Shown one piece after another: positions 21,055 through 29,406 of a stretch of 32,000 nt of DNA. A model generated the notes under the pieces. It searched no databases. It had not been told where the DNA came from and saw nothing but the letters and a program-made list of their open reading frames with translations. The number at the start of each line of letters is the position of its first letter. The first letter of the stretch is position 1. This DNA comes from Methanothermobacter marburgensis str. Marburg (lineage in GTDB: Archaea; Methanobacteriota; Methanobacteria; Methanobacteriales; Methanothermobacteraceae): the NCBI RefSeq assembly GCF_000145295.1, contig NC_014408.1, positions 600,001-632,000 of the forward strand. Direction: 5' to 3'. A program made the translations under genes and the position numbers.

Positions 21055-21822
21055 ATGTCACCTTTAAAACCTCTTTACAAACTGTATGAGTGGTACATAT
21101 CGCGCAACCTAAAAAGGGAGAGAATGCCAAGGCACGTTGCCATTATAATGGATGGTAACAGGAGATACTCACGACTCCAGGGCAGCGTAGACCCCATAGA
21201 GGGTCACAAGAAGGGTATTGAGACACTGGAAAAGGTCCTGGACTGGTGCGTTGACCTTGGAATAGAGATAATAACCGCCTATGCATTCTCAACTGAAAAC
21301 TTTAAAAGGCCAGAAAACGAGGTTAAAGGCCTAATGAAGCTCTTCAAAGAGAACTTTGAGGCCATAGCAAGCAATAAGAAGATCCATAAAAACCGTGTCA
21401 AGGTCAAGGCAGTCGGAAAACTTGAACTGCTCCCTGAAGATGTTAGAAAGGCAATAGAGGTCGCTGAGAGGTCAACTGAGGGATACTCTGATCGACTTGT
21501 GAACATCGCCATAGGATATGATGGCAGACAGGAGATATTGGACGCCGCAAGGAAAATCGCCGAGGACGTCAGGGCCGGCCGCATTGACCCTGAGGACATA
21601 GATGAGGACATGATAAACAGGAACCTCTACACCGCTGGACTGGAAGACCCCCACCTCATAATAAGGACCAGTGGTGAGGAGCGCCTCAGCGGGTTCCTCC
21701 TCTGGCAGTCATCCTATTCGGAACTGTACTTCTGCGACAGCCTATGGCCGGAACTTCGAAAGGTCGACTTCTTAAGGGCCATAAGGTCATACCAGCAGAG
21801 GGAGAGGAGATTCGGTACCTAG
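21055..21822 (+). CDS. uppS: cis-Prenyltransferase (undecaprenyl diphosphate synthase family)
   Basis: Motifs: [50 protein letters not shown]. Confidence 0.94.
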   Translation: MSPLKPLYKLYEWYISRNLKRERMPRHVAIIMDGNRRYSRLQGSVDPIEGHKKGIETLEKVLDWCVDLGIEIITAYAFSTENFKRPENEVKGLMKLFKENFEAIASNKKIHKNRVKVKAVGKLELLPEDVRKAIEVAERSTEGYSDRLVNIAIGYDGRQEILDAARKIAEDVRAGRIDPEDIDEDMINRNLYTAGLEDPHLIIRTSGEERLSGFLLWQSSYSELYFCDSLWPELRKVDFLRAIRSYQQRERRFGT

Positions 21823-21857
21823 ATGCGCTTCAGGCGACTTTTAAGGCTATAAGGTCC
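21765..21857. repeat. About 68-70-bp-offset imperfect duplication of an internal 3'-proximal uppS segment into the downstream intergenic region
   Basis: cgacttcttaagggccataaggtca (21765-21789) against cgacttttaaggctataaggtcc (21835-21857) gives about 22 matches with two 1-nt gaps, by hand. Confidence 0.6.
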
Positions 21858-21913
21858 TAAAATGGATATAAACAGGACCTGATATCCATCAAGCTATCAA
21901 TGGAGGGATCGGT

Positions 21914-22669
21914 ATAATAGATGTTCACTGTCACCTGGACTTCAAGGACTTCAACAGGAACCGTGAAGAGGTTATTGAAAGGGCAAAGGAAAAACTCAGG
22001 GCAATTATAGATTCGGGTGTTGGACTCGGGGGCAACAGGAGGGCCCTTGCCCTTGCCTCAGATTATCCAGGATTCATATACCCCACCATGGGTTTCCATC
22101 CCGCCGACGCATCAAAGGCAAGACCTGAACTCATAGAGGAGGTCGCAGGGCAGATAGAGTCACACATTGACAGGATCGTGGCCATAGGTGAGACAGGGAT
22201 GGATTTCCACCACACCAGCGATGCTGAGGGAAGGAGAAGACAGGAGGAGGCCTTCAGAATCTTCGCCAAACTTGCAGAGGAACATGACATGCCCCTGGTT
22301 GTCCATGCAAGGGACGCCGAGGAGAGGGCCCTTGAGATAGTACTCGAGCACAGCATACCAGAGGTGGTCTTTCACTGCTACGGTGGCAGCCTATCAACTG
22401 CAGAGAAGATAATAGACGCCGGATACCATATATCAATATCCACACTTGTGACCTTCTCGGATCACCACATGAAACTTGTGGAGGACCTCCCGCTGGAGAG
22501 CATGCTTACAGAGACCGACAGTCCATACCTCTCCCCTTTCAGGGGGAAGCGCAACGAGCCAGCATTTGTGGCTGAAGCGGTTAAGAAAATAGCAGAGATC
22601 AAGGAAACCGATGTTGAGGATGTTGACAGGGTGACAACATCCACTGCAGAAAGAATTTTTGGCCTGTGA
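21914..22669 (+). CDS. tatD: TatD-family metal-dependent hydrolase; the N-terminus lies upstream of the first canonical start codon
   Basis: The tracked ORF (22088..22669) has GETGMDFH, VVHARDA, VFHCYGG and TETDSPYL. The same frame is open back to 21872 and encodes IIDVHCHLDFKDF (the HxH metal site). That stretch has no ATG, GTG or TTG. ATA codons at 21914 and 21917 follow GGAGGG (21902-21907). Confidence 0.8.
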   Translation: MIDVHCHLDFKDFNRNREEVIERAKEKLRAIIDSGVGLGGNRRALALASDYPGFIYPTMGFHPADASKARPELIEEVAGQIESHIDRIVAIGETGMDFHHTSDAEGRRRQEEAFRIFAKLAEEHDMPLVVHARDAEERALEIVLEHSIPEVVFHCYGGSLSTAEKIIDAGYHISISTLVTFSDHHMKLVEDLPLESMLTETDSPYLSPFRGKRNEPAFVAEAVKKIAEIKETDVEDVDRVTTSTAERIFGL

Positions 22670-22681
22670 GGCCATCTGAAT

Positions 22682-23050
22682 TTATTTTTCCATATCCCTG
22701 AAAACCTCAGCTGCCGCAGCAACGCCATTTATGGCTGCAGGGAACCCTGCATAGACAGCCATCTGGATGAGGACCTCAATTATCTCCTCCCTGCTGCAGC
22801 CGGCATTGAAGGCACCCTTCACATGGCCTTTCAACTGTTTTTCAGCCCCAAGGACCGTGAGGGCTGCCACGGTGACAAGTTCCCTTGTTTTAAGATCCAG
22901 TGCATCCCTGGAGTAGATGTCACCGTATGCGAATTCAACCACGAACCTTGAAAGATCAGGGGCAACATCCTCAAGTTCATCACGCAGCTTCCTGTAGGAC
23001 TCCCTGTGTATCCTCTCAAGTATCTCCATTCCAGCAGTGTATCTGTCCAT
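22682..23050 (-). CDS. Carboxymuconolactone decarboxylase (AhpD-like) family protein
   Basis: 122 aa. The CMD-family pattern reads [17 protein letters not shown]...[48 protein letters not shown]. Confidence 0.8.
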   Translation of the reverse strand: MDRYTAGMEILERIHRESYRKLRDELEDVAPDLSRFVVEFAYGDIYSRDALDLKTRELVTVAALTVLGAEKQLKGHVKGAFNAGCSREEIIEVLIQMAVYAGFPAAINGVAAAAEVFRDMEK

Positions 23051-23067
23051 ATTTCAACCTCCCGATC

Positions 23068-23089
23068 TGGAAACCCCACATGGTTTCCA
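23068..23089. promoter_or_regulatory. Perfect 8-bp inverted repeat TGGAAACC-N6-GGTTTCCA in the divergent CMD / riboflavin-reductase intergenic region
   Basis: It lies between an AT-rich TATA-like block (actaatttaatagtat, 23091-23106) and the SD of the CMD gene. It could be an operator or a 5'-UTR hairpin. Confidence 0.35.
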
Positions 23090-23142
23090 CACTAATTTAA
23101 TAGTATGGTGGCTATAAACCTATAGACTGGAGGAGAAGGTTC

Positions 23143-23793
23143 ATGAGGCCATACGTTATACTCAACGCAGCAATGACACTGGACGGTAAGATTGCAACAA
23201 AGACAGGTAGCTCTGAGATATCCGGTGAGGAGGATCTCAGGAGGGTCCATGAGCTTCGGAGGGAATGTGACGCCATAATGGTGGGGATAAACACGGTACT
23301 CGCAGATGACCCCCGCCTCACCGTACACAGGGTTGATGCAGAGGAAGGGGATAACCCTGTGAGGGTGGTGGTTGACAGCAGGGCAAGGACACCCCTGAAT
23401 TTCAGGGTCCTCAACGATGAGGCCCCAACGGTGATAGGTGTCTCGGAGAGTGCCCCGGCATCAAGGGTTAATGAACTCAGAAAAAGGGCTGAGGTTGTGG
23501 TTGCAGGAAAAGAAAGGGTGAACCTCTGCCTGCTCCTTGAAAGACTCCATGAGATGGGTGTCAGGAGGCTGATGCTCGAGGGGGGCTCAACCCTCAACTA
23601 CTCCATGTTAACGGAGGGCCTTGTTGATGAGGTCCGGGTGTGCATAGCCCCGATGATCGCCGGTGGCAGGGAGGCAAGGACACTGGTTGATGGTGAGGGT
23701 ATAGACGATATGTCTGATGCCATAAAACTTGAACTTGAGAGGTTCTACACCCTGGGGGAGGACCTCATCGTTGAGTACACCGTAAAGAGGTAG
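23143..23793 (+). CDS. 2,5-Diamino-6-ribosylamino-4(3H)-pyrimidinone 5'-phosphate reductase (RibD C-terminal domain type, archaeal riboflavin pathway)
   Basis: 216 aa. Motifs: RPYVILNAAMTLDGKIA, DAIMVGINTVLADDPRLT, RLMLEGGSTLN. Confidence 0.88.
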   Translation: MRPYVILNAAMTLDGKIATKTGSSEISGEEDLRRVHELRRECDAIMVGINTVLADDPRLTVHRVDAEEGDNPVRVVVDSRARTPLNFRVLNDEAPTVIGVSESAPASRVNELRKRAEVVVAGKERVNLCLLLERLHEMGVRRLMLEGGSTLNYSMLTEGLVDEVRVCIAPMIAGGREARTLVDGEGIDDMSDAIKLELERFYTLGEDLIVEYTVKR

Positions 23794-23795
23794 AT

Positions 23796-24341
23796 GTGGT
23801 TTTCATGCTGGAGAGGATCTATGAGAGGATACTGAGGATAAGGGAAGATGGATGCAGGGACTGCCTGAAGGTTGTCTGCCGTATGGATGACTTTCAGTTC
23901 AACCAGCTCATGTCGAGGCTACAGCTGCAGATTGAGATAACCTCACGGTATAATCCGCCTGTGAGGCCTGCCCTGGATCCCATGATATCCACGGAACTTG
24001 GTGTGTACAGGGGTGATGATGAGAACATAGGGAGACTCCTTGACTACCCTGAGTGCTGCATAAAGAGCTTCTCTGAGAACACCAGGTATGCGATTGATGA
24101 GGATCACCTTGCAGAGGTGGATGAACTTGAGGTTCCCCCGGGTAAATGCGCCCTTGTGCTACCATCAGGTTTCATACCCTGCAGCCTCAGATGCAGGGAG
24201 GCATGGGAGAGGAATCTCATAGCCTTTGCAGACAGGGAGGAGTTTAAGAGGATACTTGAACTTGAGGATGAACTCCGCATGAAGCTCCCGCACTTTCACC
24301 TGGCATATGATGAGTATTTTGAGAAGATAATCCTTGATTGA
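23796..24341 (+). CDS. Conserved archaeal hypothetical protein (DUF483-like, Cys-containing)
   Basis: 181 aa. The LLDYPECCIKSF motif and the later IPCSLRC are what I associate with DUF483. The start is GTG 23796 (AGAGGT just upstream) or ATG 23805. It directly follows the reductase gene. Confidence 0.5.
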   Translation: MVFMLERIYERILRIREDGCRDCLKVVCRMDDFQFNQLMSRLQLQIEITSRYNPPVRPALDPMISTELGVYRGDDENIGRLLDYPECCIKSFSENTRYAIDEDHLAEVDELEVPPGKCALVLPSGFIPCSLRCREAWERNLIAFADREEFKRILELEDELRMKLPHFHLAYDEYFEKIILD

Positions 24342-24462
24342 ATCTTTTTTGATTTTTTTAGGTTGGATGGGTATTTTGAGAAGATAGTCCTTGGATGAGT
24401 CTTTTTTGATTTTTTTGGGTCGGATGAGTATTTTGAGAAGATAATCCTCGGATGAATCATTT
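24309..24462 (+). repeat. 57-bp tandem repeat, about 2.7 copies, beginning inside the last 11 codons of the DUF483-like gene
   Basis: The copies start at 24309, 24366 and 24423 (gatgRgtattttgagaagatartcct...). Each copy keeps an in-phase TGA. Copies 1 and 2 each carry T6-GA-T7 tracts (24345-24359 and 24402-24416), which look like tandem oligo-T terminators. Copy 3 diverges after about 40 nt. Confidence 0.92.
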
Positions 24463-24546
24463 ATTGGAGTGCCAGACAGGAAATCATCTTTCATTTAAAA
24501 TTGAGTATTACTTTTAACCCTTTCTTTTTTAAATCATTCATACTTA

Positions 24547-24566
24547 AAATCTTTTAATTAAGATTT
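24547..24566. promoter_or_regulatory. 7-bp inverted repeat AAATCTT-N6-AAGATTT abutting a TATA-like TTTAAATA upstream of the CobN-like gene
   Basis: It lies about 75-90 nt upstream of ATG 24639 in an AT-rich region. AT-rich palindromes are common by chance here. Confidence 0.25.
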
Positions 24567-24624
24567 AAATAGAATTTCATCAAATCTCTTTACGATATTG
24601 AATCAGCAAATTATTAAAAATTTA

Positions 24625-24634
24625 AAGGAGGTGA
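24625..24634 (+). promoter_or_regulatory. Strong Shine-Dalgarno AAGGAGGTGA for the CobN-like gene
   Basis: A 10-nt match to the anti-SD, 4 nt upstream of ATG 24639. Confidence 0.8.
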
Positions 24635-24638
24635 AAAA

Positions 24639-27600
24639 ATGAAGAAGTTTCTCCTGATAGCACTTATTCTGCTCATTGTTTCAGTTCCATCAGTAGCAGC
24701 GGCAGACAACGATACCAACACAACAGAGTCAAAGATGCTGAAGGATACAAACATGGTGGTGCTCATCACAGGATGCGTGGTGGGAACCGTCGACCCCATA
24801 ATGAATGACGCATACCGCAACGACCTACTGCCCAGCGGATACAACTTCAGCCTGAAGATATACACCATGGACACCTTCAACCTCAACTCAACGGCATCCA
24901 GCCAGTTCAAAAATGACGTGAAGAATGCGGATATATTCTTCCTCTTCACAAGACCCGGGTACCCTGTGACCGGGATGAGCTATGGGACGGAATTCGATGC
25001 AGGAGTCGACTTCCAGGCCCTCGCAGCCAGCATGAAACCAGGGGCACGAATATTCGTCCTGGGCCCTGTAAAACCCAACGTCACAGGTGTTAATGTGACC
25101 AACCTTCCAGCCTATGGTCCAGTCGCAGCACCTGCACTCTCACGGGAGAACATAAAGAGGACGCTCCTGGAGGTCCTGAGGCTCAGCGGGGCCGTTAACC
25201 TCACTGCAAACGACACAAAACTGGCCCCTGGAATGGAGGACTTCCTCTACCATCCACTGGCACCACGTGTTTACACAGACAGGGCAGCCTACACAGAATG
25301 GTACATGAACACAACCCTCTACAGGCCAGGGGCCCCCTGGGTGGGGGTTGCCATACTGAACCGTTACTACCTCTCGGGTAACATGGACGTCTATGAGACC
25401 CTCATACAGAAACTCGAGGCAAAGGGACTCAACGTGATACCCTACTTCTACTGTTCAGACCCCATAGGGGCCTCAAGGCGCTTCTTCATGGTCAACAACA
25501 GTTCAGTGATTGACGCCCTCGTTGCCTGTGTACAGTTCGGTTACTGGCCAGACAACCAGACCATAACCTTCTTCACTGACCTCAACGTGCCTGTTCAGGG
25601 TCCACTCCCGGTGTTCCTGCAGACCTCCCTGGATGATTACATAAACAGCAGCGGACAGCAGGGCCTCAGGGGCCTGGAGTACTACTGGCTCGCAATGTTT
25701 GAGATGCAGGGACGAATAGAGCCAATCCTTATAGGTGGTAACAGGGTATCAGACCCGGACCCGGTAACCGGGGTCACACTCAAGGAATACGTGGCCTATG
25801 AGCCAGGGATAAACCAGCTGGTGGAGCGGACACTGGCCTGGGTGAATCTCAGGAAGAAGGTGAACAGTGACAAGAGGGTGGCCATAGTCTACTTTGACAG
25901 TACCCACGATGAGGGGATGCCGGCAACCAATGGCCTCAACCTCTACGGCAGTCTGGGCAACATACTCCTTGCAATGAGGGCAGCAGGTTACACCACAGGA
26001 AACGGAAATCTGACCCCTGAATACATCTATGAACTCATAAACAGGGCTGGAAGAAACCCCAGGAACATGACACAGTCAGAACTCCGGAAACTGATTGAGG
26101 CTGGATGCATCACAGTACCTGTTTCAGAGTACCTCAGGTGGTATTCAAAGCTCCCGGTAACCCTCAGGCGCCAGGTTGAGGCAATGTGGGGTCAGGCTCC
26201 AGGTAACATCATGGTCTACAACGGCAGCATTGTGATCCCCGGCTTCATGCTCGGCAACATGTTTATGGGTCCGCAGCCGGTCTGGAAGTGGAACGGCACA
26301 CTCAACAACGGCACACTACCACCTACACACCAGTTCATAGCCTTCTACCTCTGGCTTCAGAATGGATTCAGGGCCGACGCAGTGGTACACATAGGACAGC
26401 ACGGCACACTGGAATTGCTTCCGGGCCATGTGAATGCCATGACAGAGGATGACTGGCCAAACACCCTCATAGGATCCATCCCCAACATACACCTCCTCAA
26501 GATGGAGGACCCCCTTGAGGCTGTTATAAACCCTGCCAAGAGGAGGGCATACGCCGTTACCATCTCATACCTCATACCACCGGTTGTGAGGACGGAACTC
26601 TACGGCGTATACCAAGAACTTGCAGACCTTTTGGGATCCTACAGCACTGCAGAGGCATCAGGGGATAGGGACAGGATGAACGTCCTGGAATCCCTCATAA
26701 GGGATGGTGTGAAGAGGGCGGGCCTTGACGTGAGGCTCAACGTGAGTAACTCAACCCCCTTCAGTGTCATCAGGGTGAGGCTTGAGGATTACCTCCATGA
26801 GCTCACAGAGATCCTCATGCCCTACGGACTCCACACCTTTGGGGAGCTCCCTGACAGTGAAACCCTTGAGAGGTTCCTGGATGCAATCATATCCTTTGAC
26901 CCTGCAAACAGGACGGCAAGGAGGGATGAGATAAGAAACCTCCTCATCATGAGTGCCAGCAACGAGATGGCTTCACTCCTCAGGGCCCTTAACGGGGAAT
27001 TCATACAGCCCGTTCCAGCGAGAAGCCCCATAATCAACCTTGCAGCGCTTCCAACAGGCCGGAACATGTACACCTTTGACCCGTCATCCATCCCTGACCC
27101 CGCCGCTGTGGTAATGGGATCAAGGGCTGCAGAGGAGATGCTTAAACGCCACAGGGAGGCAAACGGTGGAAGGTACCCTGAAACCGTTGCCGTGGATATA
27201 GGTGACGTTATATCAACCGGCGGCCAGAGCATCGCAGCCATATTCTACTTCCTGGGTGTTAAACCGGTCTATGAGAGCGGAGCACTCATCGGGACAGAGA
27301 TCATCCCACTCAGTGAACTTGGAAGGCCAAGGATCGACGTTGTGATAAGCGACTTCCACAACTTCCGCGGGGCAATCCCCGGGGCAATGGACGTCATAGA
27401 CAATACAATTAAGAGGATAGCGAACCTCAACGAGTCAGCTGAGATGAACTATGTGCGAAAACACTACATTACCCTCAGATCAGGTATCTACAGTGAACTG
27501 GTGGCCTCAGGGATGAACAGTTCAGCGGCCGATGCAATGGCGGACAGGCTTGCAAGGACCAGGATCTTTGGGCTGCCACCGGGTGCAGACCCCCATGGTG

Positions 27601-28559
27601 CGGGTGTCGACAGGATACTCTGGTCACGGGATGACTGGACAGCCGAAGAGCTTGCAGAGACCTACCTCAGCTACTACTCTTATGCCTATGGAAGGGACCT
27701 CAGCGGCCTCCAGAGCCCGAAACTCCTGGAGTCACTCCTTCGTACAGTTGACGCCAGCATGGTGATAATGCCCTACAGGGCACCCGGCGAGGGAACCTGC
27801 CTCTACAGGGTCTCGGTCACCGTGAACTTCATGGTGAACTACCTCACAGGGAGAAACATAAACAGCTACATTGCAAAAACAGCCTACGGAACACCCATCA
27901 TAAGGACCCTCCAGGAGTCAGCCTATGATGACCTTGCAGTGACGCTCCTCAACCCCACATGGATCCAGGGCAAACTGCGTGAGGGACCATCCGGCAGCGC
28001 ATCAATAGCACTGCAGGTGAGGGACCTCTTCATGAGTGATGCCCTCGTGGACGTGGCATCAGAAGATGTCTGGAGGAGGATTGCCGACACATTCCTCTTT
28101 GACAGTTCTGTGAGGTCACAGCTTGATGCATCAGCCATCCAGATGATAGCACGCTATGTGAGGCAGGCCCATACCAGGGGGCTTGTATCCCTCTCAGGGG
28201 CTGAACTTGCAGCAATATCTGAGATGCTGGGTGAGGGGACCTCCACAGACACAGACCAGGGAGACAACCAGGGTTCAGATCATGGAACCACCACAGGATC
28301 CCATGGAACAACGGGAAGGGGAGGAAGATCTCCAGGCACCCATGCAGGGGTTCCGGCACAGTCCTCCGCCTCAGAGTCAGGCGCATCATCCCCTGGGGTT
28401 GCAGGAGTATCAGAACAGAAACCTGGAAGTGCCTATGAGATCTCAACCCCAAAGGCAGAGGAAAAATCAGGCAGCACACAGCTCTACGCTGTTCTTGGCA
28501 TAGTTGGAATCTTCTGCCTTCTTGGAGTTGGCTACTACTTTGGACCCCTCAGAAAATAA
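24639..28559 (+). CDS. CobN/BchH-family chelatase-like protein with signal peptide, Ser/Thr/Gly-rich stalk and C-terminal TM anchor (predicted extracytoplasmic)
   Basis: 1306 aa. CobN hallmarks: VHIGQHGTLELLPGH, LNGEFIQPVPARSPI and LPTGRNMYTFDP. N-terminal signal-like MKKFLLIALILLIVSVPSVAAA. The C-terminus has a low-complexity stalk (GTSTDTDQGDNQGSDHGTTTGSHGTTG...SSASESGASSPG) followed by the hydrophobic helix LYAVLGIVGIFCLLGVGYYF and then PLRK. Confidence 0.85.
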   Translation: MKKFLLIALILLIVSVPSVAAADNDTNTTESKMLKDTNMVVLITGCVVGTVDPIMNDAYRNDLLPSGYNFSLKIYTMDTFNLNSTASSQFKNDVKNADIFFLFTRPGYPVTGMSYGTEFDAGVDFQALAASMKPGARIFVLGPVKPNVTGVNVTNLPAYGPVAAPALSRENIKRTLLEVLRLSGAVNLTANDTKLAPGMEDFLYHPLAPRVYTDRAAYTEWYMNTTLYRPGAPWVGVAILNRYYLSGNMDVYETLIQKLEAKGLNVIPYFYCSDPIGASRRFFMVNNSSVIDALVACVQFGYWPDNQTITFFTDLNVPVQGPLPVFLQTSLDDYINSSGQQGLRGLEYYWLAMFEMQGRIEPILIGGNRVSDPDPVTGVTLKEYVAYEPGINQLVERTLAWVNLRKKVNSDKRVAIVYFDSTHDEGMPATNGLNLYGSLGNILLAMRAAGYTTGNGNLTPEYIYELINRAGRNPRNMTQSELRKLIEAGCITVPVSEYLRWYSKLPVTLRRQVEAMWGQAPGNIMVYNGSIVIPGFMLGNMFMGPQPVWKWNGTLNNGTLPPTHQFIAFYLWLQNGFRADAVVHIGQHGTLELLPGHVNAMTEDDWPNTLIGSIPNIHLLKMEDPLEAVINPAKRRAYAVTISYLIPPVVRTELYGVYQELADLLGSYSTAEASGDRDRMNVLESLIRDGVKRAGLDVRLNVSNSTPFSVIRVRLEDYLHELTEILMPYGLHTFGELPDSETLERFLDAIISFDPANRTARRDEIRNLLIMSASNEMASLLRALNGEFIQPVPARSPIINLAALPTGRNMYTFDPSSIPDPAAVVMGSRAAEEMLKRHREANGGRYPETVAVDIGDVISTGGQSIAAIFYFLGVKPVYESGALIGTEIIPLSELGRPRIDVVISDFHNFRGAIPGAMDVIDNTIKRIANLNESAEMNYVRKHYITLRSGIYSELVASGMNSSAADAMADRLARTRIFGLPPGADPHGAGVDRILWSRDDWTAEELAETYLSYYSYAYGRDLSGLQSPKLLESLLRTVDASMVIMPYRAPGEGTCLYRVSVTVNFMVNYLTGRNINSYIAKTAYGTPIIRTLQESAYDDLAVTLLNPTWIQGKLREGPSGSASIALQVRDLFMSDALVDVASEDVWRRIADTFLFDSSVRSQLDASAIQMIARYVRQAHTRGLVSLSGAELAAISEMLGEGTSTDTDQGDNQGSDHGTTTGSHGTTGRGGRSPGTHAGVPAQSSASESGASSPGVAGVSEQKPGSAYEISTPKAEEKSGSTQLYAVLGIVGIFCLLGVGYYFGPLRK

Positions 28560-28570
28560 TTTAATTCCCC

Positions 28571-28581
28571 TTTATTTTTTT
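28571..28581 (+). terminator. Oligo-T terminator after the CobN-like gene
   Basis: tttattttttt begins 12 nt after the TAA at 28557-28559. Confidence 0.55.
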
Positions 28582-28751
28582 AACGTGTGACGATAATTGA
28601 GTTTTCTCTGTTTAACTCTGCTAAAAGCTGGATTTTTCATTATACGTCATATTACCAGCTCAATAGGTCTAATAATTTCCACGGATCCAGGGCTTCCAGA
28701 ATTAAGATTTAACAGGAATTTCCTATTTACTTACATCAGATTCCTTAGACT

Positions 28752-29369
28752 TCATCTTATCTTCCTGTAAATGTAGAGGAGAATCAGGGGGATGGCGAGG
28801 AGTATGGCGTAATCCAGCGCATGGAACACTGGCCTCAGTGAAGTCCAGCGAGGACCGAGAAGATAACCCGAATATGCAAGGATGAGGCACCATGGTAGGG
28901 AACCGGCGAATGTGTAGATAACGAATTTCTTCAGATCCATCCGGGCTATACCTGCAGGGAGGGATATGAAGGTTCTGATAACCGGCAGCATCCTCGAGAT
29001 GAGGACGGCCTCGTGCCCGTACCTTTCAAACCATTCATCAGCCATCCTGAGTTTTCCACCTGTTACCATGATGTAGGGGCCATACCTCTCGAGTAAGGGA
29101 CGCCCTCCCTTGAGACCCGCAATATAGGCGAGAAGAGAACCCAGAAGGTTACCCAGCGCACCTGCAACTACAACGCCAGTGAGGGTCAGATTCTGCTGCC
29201 ATGCTATGTATCCGCTGAAGGGCATTATAACCTCACTTGGAACTGGAATACAGGCACTTTCAAGGGCCATGAGAAAAACTATACCGGGATACCCGGTTTC
29301 CTCTATGAATCTGATCACAGAGTCTGTAAGGGTCATGGTTATATCAAGCATGCTGACCCTTTCTCTCAT
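28752..29369 (-). CDS. dedA: DedA-family membrane protein
   Basis: GYPGIVFLMALESACIPVPSEVIMPFSGY plus four to five hydrophobic segments and RMLPVIRTFISLPAG, typical of DedA/SNARE-associated proteins. A TATA-like AATTATATAG sits immediately upstream of ATG 29369, so the true start may be ATG 29351 (MLDIT...) on a leaderless or short-leader mRNA. Confidence 0.82.
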   Translation of the reverse strand: MRERVSMLDITMTLTDSVIRFIEETGYPGIVFLMALESACIPVPSEVIMPFSGYIAWQQNLTLTGVVVAGALGNLLGSLLAYIAGLKGGRPLLERYGPYIMVTGGKLRMADEWFERYGHEAVLISRMLPVIRTFISLPAGIARMDLKKFVIYTFAGSLPWCLILAYSGYLLGPRWTSLRPVFHALDYAILLAIPLILLYIYRKIR

Positions 29370-29406
29370 TGACTATATAATTATTTTTCTCAGGGTACGT
29401 GGTTTT

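Noticed and set aside
24165-24494. 109-aa minus-strand ORF with an internally repeated KDYLLKIL..PKKIKKDS peptide
   Set aside because: It is the antisense reading of the 57-bp tandem repeat and of the 3' end of the DUF483-like gene. It has no SD. Its repeat structure is fully explained by the DNA repeat.
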